A DNA stretch of 64,000 nt from Calditrichia bacterium (GTDB taxonomy: Bacteria; Calditrichota; Calditrichia; RBG-13-44-9; J075): NCBI GenBank assembly GCA_050633245.1, contig JBOEGD010000009.1, positions 192,001 to 256,000 of the forward strand, read 5' to 3'. Below the pieces are notes generated by a model. That model worked only from the letters and a program-made list of their open reading frames with translations. It was not told the origin of the DNA and searched no databases. Position 1 is the stretch's first letter, and the number at the start of each line of letters is the position of its first letter. Shown one piece after another: positions 56,798 through 64,000 of this stretch. Position numbers and translations under genes: made by a program.

Positions 56798-58335
56798 GAA
56801 GGAATACTTAATAGGTCATCAGCCGCTGAAAGTGTTGGCGCAAGATCAAAAACCAGCTCCATTCGAGTCATGCGAAAAACCTGCTGAACCATTTCCTGCA
56901 TCCCGCAAATGACAACCTTATTGCCGCTTTCTCTGCTAATACGTTTAATTTTCACTAAAAAGCCAATAGCAGAGCTATCAACGAAACGCACATTTGATAA
57001 ATCGACTATAACATCAAGATTGTTGATTTTTTCAAATAGCCCGTCGCTATCGACTCGCGAAATTCGCAAGGCATCCAGCCTCTCCTTAAAGATTATCACT
57101 GCACGATGCTCATTGGCTTCAAGCCGATAGCCGCGTCGTGAAATGGTATTAGGGGTAACCTCATCATCTTCAGATCCAGCTGCGTACTCAAGCAAGTAAT
57201 TCATATCAAACACATCATAGCTGCGATGAGCTATCATCACTTTTTGAATTGCAAGACTAACATTACGTGCACTCAGAGCACAATTTGTCAACAATCTTGA
57301 GCGCCGTAACGACAGCAGCTCTCCGATTGCAGCAATATCCAAATGTCTGACACCGTGAAAATTCAGCTCGATATGACTCGTTTCACAATGAGCAAGTTCT
57401 TCATCCAGCTGTCGAACAATCGCCGCTGTTACTTTTGCCGGAAGAATTACGCTGGTTTTATCCTGTCCATACCGATAACGCAGTGGACGTCTTTCCCAGC
57501 GACCTTCTTTCAGTTTGCGTGCTCCGACCAGCACTTGTGGAAGGATCGGCAGCACAAATGCAGATAATTTAACAATTCCGTAGAAATAACGTCTCCACAG
57601 TCGCATCGGATCTTGCGTAATGCGATAAACCCACTCTAATCCACTTTTCTGTAGCCAGGCTGGGGCACGCGAAACCGAACCGGTTACAAAATTGAATGTG
57701 CCCCCAATGCCAATCGAAACCGGCACTTTTAGGCGATGGCGATTGCGCCAAAACCATATTTCCTGTTTTGGATTGCCGAACGCAATCAGAAGAATATCTG
57801 CATTTGAACGATTCACCTGCTCGACAACCTCATCATCCCGCTGCTGCTCATCAGCAAGTTTTTCACCTTCAACATGAACAAAAGGCGAACTGTATCCGGC
57901 AACCTGCATTTTAGGATTTCGAAATTTCAGTGTCACTGCAGCCTTCTTTGCCACATCGCCACTTCCACCAAGGAAATAGATAGATTTTTTCAATCGGGTT
58001 GCTTCTGTTGCAAGAGCCGGAACCAGATCGGCACCGGTAACCCGCTGTTTAAGTGGATGTCCCAAAAGTCGACTAAACCATACCAAGGGCATACCATCCG
58101 GGGTAATCAAATCGGCCTGTCGCAAAATGGCCATCAGTTCGGGATGGCGAATGCGATAATCCTTTGCCGAATGCAGATTCACCAAAAAGTCCACATTTAC
58201 AGTTGCAACCAGGCGAGGTCGCTTGTCCAGTAAATAATCGTTACATAGATCAAATACACTCGCGACGGTTTCTTCCAGGGTAAGATTATCGATAGGAAGC
58301 CCCAGAATGCCAATATGACGATTGGTATCGGACAT
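56794..58335 (-). CDS. WecB/TagA/CpsF (GT26) glycosyltransferase fused to two STAS domains
   Basis: TVNVDF, DGMP, RVTGADL, AFGNPKQE, GIGGTF, RAP...GLEW; STAS motifs LNFHGVRHLDIAAIG and VDLSNVRFVDSSAIGFLV. Confidence 0.88.
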   Translation of the reverse strand: MSDTNRHIGILGLPIDNLTLEETVASVFDLCNDYLLDKRPRLVATVNVDFLVNLHSAKDYRIRHPELMAILRQADLITPDGMPLVWFSRLLGHPLKQRVTGADLVPALATEATRLKKSIYFLGGSGDVAKKAAVTLKFRNPKMQVAGYSSPFVHVEGEKLADEQQRDDEVVEQVNRSNADILLIAFGNPKQEIWFWRNRHRLKVPVSIGIGGTFNFVTGSVSRAPAWLQKSGLEWVYRITQDPMRLWRRYFYGIVKLSAFVLPILPQVLVGARKLKEGRWERRPLRYRYGQDKTSVILPAKVTAAIVRQLDEELAHCETSHIELNFHGVRHLDIAAIGELLSLRRSRLLTNCALSARNVSLAIQKVMIAHRSYDVFDMNYLLEYAAGSEDDEVTPNTISRRGYRLEANEHRAVIIFKERLDALRISRVDSDGLFEKINNLDVIVDLSNVRFVDSSAIGFLVKIKRISRESGNKVVICGMQEMVQQVFRMTRMELVFDLAPTLSAADDLLSIPS

Positions 58336-59138
58336 TAGTATGCCCCCTTTCCAAGTAAAACAGCAGGAATTGTCTTCAACAGAATCCACAAATCACCAAG
58401 AAATGAGCGATTCTGGATATACTGTAAGTCCAAACGAACCTGCCCTTCAAAGTCGATCTCGCTACGTCCACTCACCTGCCACAAACAGGTGATGCCCGGC
58501 CGTACCGAAAGCCGCTGACGATGCGACGTGCTATATTCATTGACCTCTGGCAAAAGCGGTGGGCGTGGTCCCACCAAAGACATATCCCCTTTCAAAACGT
58601 TCCAGAACTGGGGAGATTCATCGATAGAGAGCTTCCGAATAATGCGACCGACATAGGTTATTCTCGGATCTTTGCGCATCTTAAAAATGACGCCATTGGT
58701 TTCATTTTCCTGCTTCAGGCTTTCCTTTTGTTTCTCTGCGTTCACCACCATCGATCGGAACTTATACATCTTGAATAGACTACCCCATTTCCCAACCCGA
58801 ATTTGGGAATACAATATGGGGCCGCCGTCCTCAAGTTTGATAGCGATTGATGTGAGCAAAAAAATGGGTAAAAAAAATATCACAAGAAGAATTGACGCAA
58901 AGACATCCAGCAACCTCTTAAGAAGAAACGTGCTATTTACAACGCCACGCCATAGGTTGCGTTTTAAAAGCGCTCTTGCCATTAGGCGAAATTGGGCAAA
59001 ACGCGTTCCGCCTCGTGCATATCGATCATAGAGAACATCAATCAACTCTTCACGTCGTTTTTCTTCCGAAGTCAGAGAATTTTTAGTCGACTTGCTGGAT
59101 TTATTTGTCACAAACGTCTGATTATTCGAGGTTTTCAT
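58335..59138 (-). CDS. Priming phosphoglycosyltransferase (Bac_transf family)
   Basis: KRLLD, YKFRSM, DPRIT, IDESPQFWNVLKGDMSLVGPRP, PGITCLWQVSGR. Confidence 0.93.
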   Translation of the reverse strand: MKTSNNQTFVTNKSSKSTKNSLTSEEKRREELIDVLYDRYARGGTRFAQFRLMARALLKRNLWRGVVNSTFLLKRLLDVFASILLVIFFLPIFLLTSIAIKLEDGGPILYSQIRVGKWGSLFKMYKFRSMVVNAEKQKESLKQENETNGVIFKMRKDPRITYVGRIIRKLSIDESPQFWNVLKGDMSLVGPRPPLLPEVNEYSTSHRQRLSVRPGITCLWQVSGRSEIDFEGQVRLDLQYIQNRSFLGDLWILLKTIPAVLLGKGAY

Positions 59139-59150
59139 TATTTTTATCCT

Positions 59151-60038
59151 CTAGGTCTGCAGAACCATCTGCTGTTCCCGGATTAGTTCCGCGAGATAGC
59201 GTTTATATTCGATATCCGGCATGGGTTCAAGCAGGGCTGTTAGGTGATTCTCATCAATAAAGCCTTGTAAAAACGCAATCTCTTCAAGACAGGCAATTTT
59301 TAATCCCTGCCTTGCCTGAACTGCAGACACATAGGATGAGGCCTGATGCAGTGAATCGTGGGTTCCGGTATCCAACCAGGCAAATCCCCTACCCAAAAGA
59401 CGCACCTTCAAACGGCCTTCGTGGAGGTAAACCCGGTTGATATCTGTAATCTCCAGCTCACCTCGTTTGGAAGGCTTCAAACTTGCGGCAATTCGTACGA
59501 CATCGTTGTCGTAAAAGTATAGGCCGGGGACGGCGTAGCGCGACTTTGGCGCAGCAGGCTTTTCTTCAATTTCAAGTGCCCGTCCGTCTTCATCGAAAGA
59601 AACTACACCATAACGTTCCGGATCAGTTACAGGATAACCGAAGATAATGCCGCCGTCATCCAGTTGCGTGCATTCCATTAGGAGGCGCTGAAAGTCGTGT
59701 CCATAAAAAATATTGTCGCCAAGGATGAGACTCACCGCATCCTGGCCAATAAAATCCCGCCCCAGAATAAAAGCCTCAGCAAGACCGGCAGGCGATGGCT
59801 GAACCTTGTAGGAAAGCTGAATTCCAAATCGACTTCCATCACCCAAAAGTTGTTCAAACAGAGGCAGATCTTTTGGCGTTGAAATTATCAGGACTTCGCG
59901 AATGCCCGCTAACATGAGAACCGAAAGCGGGTAGTATATCATAGGTTTGTCGTAAACCGGTAGCATTTGCTTACTCACAGCTCCGGTAAGTGGATATAGC
60001 CTGGTGCCAGAGCCCCCTGCAAGAATAATTCCCTTCAT
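59151..60038 (-). CDS. rfbA: Glucose-1-phosphate thymidylyltransferase
   Basis: [52 protein letters not shown]. Confidence 0.97.
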   Translation of the reverse strand: MKGIILAGGSGTRLYPLTGAVSKQMLPVYDKPMIYYPLSVLMLAGIREVLIISTPKDLPLFEQLLGDGSRFGIQLSYKVQPSPAGLAEAFILGRDFIGQDAVSLILGDNIFYGHDFQRLLMECTQLDDGGIIFGYPVTDPERYGVVSFDEDGRALEIEEKPAAPKSRYAVPGLYFYDNDVVRIAASLKPSKRGELEITDINRVYLHEGRLKVRLLGRGFAWLDTGTHDSLHQASSYVSAVQARQGLKIACLEEIAFLQGFIDENHLTALLEPMPDIEYKRYLAELIREQQMVLQT

Positions 60039-60225
60039 TCTCTATCTCCTCATTCGGGTCGGTGCACATCAACCATATTCAATGTATTGGCAAAGCGGGA
60101 AGGTAATTGAGCGATGTTCAAACTCTTTCAGTGCAATTGGATCTTCCCTGATGCCACGCACTTTCTCTCTTATATCATCGTTGTTTTAGGTTGGATGTAT
60201 AGAAAAAAGATGACAATTTCTCCGT

Positions 60226-61428
60226 TCATAACAGAGTCTCGGGAACTTCTCCGTTGCGAAGCAATCCCTGATAAAGTGTCAGATAGCGATTTAGCATGTT
60301 GTGAGGATCGAACTGTGTCACCAAATGCTGATACTGCAAGTGCCACAGAATATTTTGCAGTTCGATGTCAGAATCAATTTCCGCAATCTTCTCTGCCACC
60401 TCTTTCGCGGAAAGTTTTTGAGACAGACGCAACGATTCAGTGTTCGGCATTATCTCCTGAAGCGCGGGATAATCCAGTGCGACGACGAGTGTGTTGTGTG
60501 CCATCGCTTCAAGAATCGCAATTCCAAAGCTCTCTGATGTTGACGTTTGAAAATAAATATCAGCCTGTCTTAAAAGAGTAAAGATACCTGTTCTGTCCTG
60601 CTCCCCCAGCAGATGAAACTGGCTTTCCAACTGATACTTTTTAATTTTTGAGCGAATTAAACGTCCCTCATCCGGATCTTCCGGACCAATAAGTACATAG
60701 CGCCAGCGCTTACCCAACAGGTTTAACTCCTGTGCGACGTCAACCAGAAATCGTTGATTTTTGCGTTTACTCAGCGTTCCGACGTTAAGAATAATCTTTT
60801 CCTTGCGGTCAGCCTCATTACTTTCGTTGTGAGCAGGTTGCTTGAATACCATTTGGCCACTGTAAATAACCGGAATTTTCTTCGAACTATCGCTCGTGAT
60901 ATCTGTTATCAGGTCAAGGTTGCTGTGAGACACGCTAATCAGACTGATCCGTGGATTTCTCAAAACTCTTCGAAAGAACCATTTCAGCAAGTAATACGAC
61001 AGACGCTTATTGCGAACAAAACCTGCCCGTGAAAATTCTTTCCAGGGCGCACTCCAAAAATGACAGGTCAACAAAATGGGTACCGACTTTGGCAAAACCA
61101 ACAGAGCAATGCCTGCAGAAACTACATCCTGAGCATTTACCAGGTCACACTCTTTGCAGGCGCTGCGAAGCGTTAGCGCCATGCGAAGCGCAATAAATAG
61201 AAGCACAATCAGAAAGAGTGCGGAAAGACGATACCGGTTCCAGCAATGGTAGGCAGTACGCCGCAGGACATAGTCACAGCGCTGAAATAAAGTCTTGCGC
61301 TCGTGTACGGATGCAAGCTGAACCTCGATGCCATTTAAAAGCAACTCACGTCGCAGATCGAAGATGTGGCTGATAACGCCATTTGTATCTTCCTCGGGGT
61401 TTAAAATTGTTGCCAATAAGACTCTCAT
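60226..61428 (-). CDS. Glycosyltransferase family 4
   Basis: ILNVGTLSKRKNQ, SESFGIAILEAMA. Confidence 0.9.
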   Translation of the reverse strand: MRVLLATILNPEEDTNGVISHIFDLRRELLLNGIEVQLASVHERKTLFQRCDYVLRRTAYHCWNRYRLSALFLIVLLFIALRMALTLRSACKECDLVNAQDVVSAGIALLVLPKSVPILLTCHFWSAPWKEFSRAGFVRNKRLSYYLLKWFFRRVLRNPRISLISVSHSNLDLITDITSDSSKKIPVIYSGQMVFKQPAHNESNEADRKEKIILNVGTLSKRKNQRFLVDVAQELNLLGKRWRYVLIGPEDPDEGRLIRSKIKKYQLESQFHLLGEQDRTGIFTLLRQADIYFQTSTSESFGIAILEAMAHNTLVVALDYPALQEIMPNTESLRLSQKLSAKEVAEKIAEIDSDIELQNILWHLQYQHLVTQFDPHNMLNRYLTLYQGLLRNGEVPETLL

Positions 61429-62948
61429 CAGAGCTCATTCCCTTCAGTTTTCACCGATGAAAATCCGTTTCTCTGCAAACCAGTGTCCTTGAACGGCTGA
61501 GTTCCTTCAATATTTAGATAAACCAAAAGCGATAACCCGGCAGCAATTCCTGCCATAACCATCATAAACGGCAGATTGCCATATAGCTCGCTACTTAAGA
61601 TCGGTTCGAGAACAAAAAAGCAGCTGAAGATAAGCGCTGATAAAAAACCGACATGCAGCCAGGGACGAATGATTTCTGCCAAGGGATAACCCAGTTTTTT
61701 CCACATAAGCAGGCTTTGCAATAGCGAAATCAATACACCGGACGAGAATACGGTAACACATGCACCAAATAAGCCCCACTTAGATGCAGCATGTGGTAAC
61801 AAAACAAGCAGCATAATCAGACCACCTGCCATGGCGATGGTTTCATAGGCTGGTTTGCCGACAGCAACAAACGTTCCTCCTTGAATAATACCAATCGTTC
61901 GCGGAACACCACGAAAAGCAATCCACATGAGCGCAACGGCTGCTGTAGCATAACGGGGATCGTACAATATGTCTACCAAAGTCGTTGCAAAAAGTGCCTG
62001 CGTTACCAGAACAGGCGTGGCGACCGTCAGCAAAAGTGAGTTACTACGACGAAAAATTCGAATAACCCGTTCCTTATCGCCGGCAACTTTGCTTATAGCC
62101 GGAAAAAGAGATTGCGCAAATATTTGTACAATCAACACCTCGATTAATAAGCCGATATTCAATCCAATATTGTAATAACCGAGCGTTTCCATACCAAGAT
62201 ACTTACCCAGAATTAACCGATCCATATTCATGGTGGCCCAGGTAATCAGCGTGTTCAGAAAAATAAACTTCCCAAAATGAAACAGCTCTTTTCCTGCATC
62301 GCGATCCCAAGCTAAACGTGGTTTGTAACGTTCTACAACATAGGAAAAGATAAAGCGATAAAACGATGTTAACACTGCCCCCCACGCCAGTGCCCAGACC
62401 GAGCGTAGCGTAAAAGCAAAAAGGATCGTCGTCATAAATCCAAGGAATTGCGTTCCCAGTTCATAGGAAACCTGCTTATCTGCCTCAAGACGCTTAATAA
62501 CCAGCGGAAGAGCAGGATTTTTTATACCGTCAAGTAAAATACTGAATGCCATAAACAGCAAGAGAGGCTTTAGTTCAGGCTGGTTATAAAAAACAGATAG
62601 CGGGTCGATCAGCATAGCCACGACAAAAAACAACAACAGAGATCGTAAAATGGATATGATAAATGACGTATTAAGGTAGGCTGGTTCATCACCCCTTGGG
62701 TTTTGGATGATGGCTGTGCGAATACCGGTATCCGAGAACAACTGAACCATCGCAAGAATAACTGATGCGGTAGCCATTAAGCCAAAGACTTCCGGAAAGA
62801 GCAAACGGGTAAGTATTAAGCTGCTGACAAGGCGCAAAAATGAGCCGCCTCCCTTACCAAGACCGGTCCAGACAGCTGCTCTAATACTCTGCAGCTTCAG
62901 CGAATGTTCCTGATTGCGAAGCAGCATATCTTTAAGATTATGAAGCAC
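61428..62948 (-). CDS. Wzx-type oligosaccharide flippase
   Basis: LILTRLLFPEVFGLMA, FSDTGIRTAIIQ, DRLILGKYLG; 12 or more TM segments. Confidence 0.9.
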   Translation of the reverse strand: MLHNLKDMLLRNQEHSLKLQSIRAAVWTGLGKGGGSFLRLVSSLILTRLLFPEVFGLMATASVILAMVQLFSDTGIRTAIIQNPRGDEPAYLNTSFIISILRSLLLFFVVAMLIDPLSVFYNQPELKPLLLFMAFSILLDGIKNPALPLVIKRLEADKQVSYELGTQFLGFMTTILFAFTLRSVWALAWGAVLTSFYRFIFSYVVERYKPRLAWDRDAGKELFHFGKFIFLNTLITWATMNMDRLILGKYLGMETLGYYNIGLNIGLLIEVLIVQIFAQSLFPAISKVAGDKERVIRIFRRSNSLLLTVATPVLVTQALFATTLVDILYDPRYATAAVALMWIAFRGVPRTIGIIQGGTFVAVGKPAYETIAMAGGLIMLLVLLPHAASKWGLFGACVTVFSSGVLISLLQSLLMWKKLGYPLAEIIRPWLHVGFLSALIFSCFFVLEPILSSELYGNLPFMMVMAGIAAGLSLLVYLNIEGTQPFKDTGLQRNGFSSVKTEGNEL

Positions 62949-62987
62949 GTTTCACTCTCCCTGTGCAATGCTTTGTCACTTTGCGGC

Positions 62988-64000
62988 CTACAGACTTTCC
63001 CGGTGAATCTGCTCCAGATAGCTGGTATCACCAAACTCCAGGATATAGAACAATCCTTTTGCCTCTGTCTCCAAATCAATTTCGACGAACCCGGCCCGAT
63101 GTCTTACCGTTTTTCTTTTTGCCGGACCACTCAGGGACATACTGATAAGGCGACCGGAACGCTTATCGGTTCTTGGAAGAAAAATTGTTCCAGTCAGAAC
63201 TTCGGCAACAACAGGCGCCTGCCCTTTTTGTAGCAACTCATCACCGCCATAATTCCAGATATCGTTGCTGTTCTCTCCTCTGCCGATAGCGCTAATTAAC
63301 AATAGATTGCTGTTTTCCAAGGGAAGAGAATCCAGACTACTGACGTGAATAGCACCAATAGTTGACGATAAAGATTTAATTTTTAGTCCACCACACCGGT
63401 AGGTTTCTTTGGCGCGAAGTTTACCACTGACGCCGGAACTATGAGGTGAATTTAGTATCAACAAGGACTTGTTTACATCACGTTGCACTGCTCCTCCAGA
63501 GGGACCGCGAACATCTTCAAAACCGGCAAAATCGTGTGAAGCGGACAGCTCTCCCAGTTTTTCTTCCTCCATGTCTATCCGTGAAGCAAGTTCAAACATC
63601 TCGATCCCCGTATTGAAGAAGGGGATTTCCCCGTTGCGCCAGACCTGTGGGCCATACATCTCATGCTCAGACCAAATAAGCTCATAGCGATCTGAATGTT
63701 TGGGAATATCTCCTCGTCTGAAAAGAAGCGCAGCTGCAGGAAAAATGCCCATCGTAACAGGATCATTGTATAAATTGTAGGCACCGCGCAAGTCTTCTGC
63801 GGGACCGGTTCCGCTTTGTCGATAGGCATAAATAGATAGCGCATTCCAGCCTTGTTGACTACCATGAGCTGCCATTTGCAGGGGAATAGTAACCCGCCAC
63901 TGATCCGGCCAAATTGTACCGTATTCAGAAACAGTGAGTGGCAATCCGGCAATCTTCGAGAAAGCGACCTCTGAAGCGATGGTTGGCAATGCTCCCGGAG
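62988..64000 (-). CDS. C-terminal part of a probable glycoside-hydrolase-like (clan A TIM-barrel) protein
   Basis: Frame open to the right edge. PLTVSEY followed by GWNALSIYAY resembles the GH-A nucleophile strand region. Confidence 0.5.
   Translation of the reverse strand, partial: PGALPTIASEVAFSKIAGLPLTVSEYGTIWPDQWRVTIPLQMAAHGSQQGWNALSIYAYRQSGTGPAEDLRGAYNLYNDPVTMGIFPAAALLFRRGDIPKHSDRYELIWSEHEMYGPQVWRNGEIPFFNTGIEMFELASRIDMEEEKLGELSASHDFAGFEDVRGPSGGAVQRDVNKSLLILNSPHSSGVSGKLRAKETYRCGGLKIKSLSSTIGAIHVSSLDSLPLENSNLLLISAIGRGENSNDIWNYGGDELLQKGQAPVVAEVLTGTIFLPRTDKRSGRLISMSLSGPAKRKTVRHRAGFVEIDLETEAKGLFYILEFGDTSYLEQIHRESL

Noticed and set aside
60039-60225. Small ORF in the GT4-rfbA gap
   Set aside because: Only a 19-codon frame with no recognisable features.
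52309-64000. Genomic island integrated at the tmRNA 3' end
   Set aside because: No integrase and no duplicated ssrA 3' end seen in the window; the native terminator follows directly.

Overview
Bacterial chromosomal window with no phage, integrase, transposase, rRNA, tRNA or CRISPR evidence. Secreted proteins ending in QN(F/W)PNPFNP-type sorting domains, the ACIII/A2 oxidase set and the beta-propeller/YYY kinases point to an FCB-related lineage such as Calditrichota/KSB1/Ignavibacteria (inference). About 50 CDSs all lie on the minus strand; the only plus-strand gene is tmRNA (51941-52308). Left to right: (1) a tightly coupled orphan biosynthetic operon of unknown product (CDP-alcohol phosphotransferase, flippase-like membrane protein, RibD-type reductase, MDR dehydrogenase, Cys-less PTPS/QueD homologue, GT4, methyltransferase cut by the edge); (2) a ~22 kb energy block with alternative complex III (actABCDF, no actE, plus a polytopic monoheme cytochrome c), pntAAB, lpdA-lipB-E2-lipA and an A2-type cytochrome c oxidase operon preceded by a near-perfect Rex-like box; (3) housekeeping genes (dinB, rpsA, LOG, purL, alsT); (4) two tandem propeller-kinase/NarL-type two-component systems with a shared candidate operator, an unannotated 39-aa membrane peptide and an FG-GAP target; (5) REP/BIME-like repeats and tmRNA; (6) a CHRD-containing secreted protein; (7) the end of a Wzx-type polysaccharide locus with a TagA-STAS-STAS fusion and a doubly degenerate nucleotidyltransferase/phosphoglycosyltransferase fusion. 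The best candidates for undescribed biology are the left-edge operon, the STAS/pseudoenzyme initiation module and the two-component/small-protein circuit. All calls come from reading motifs; no database search was run.
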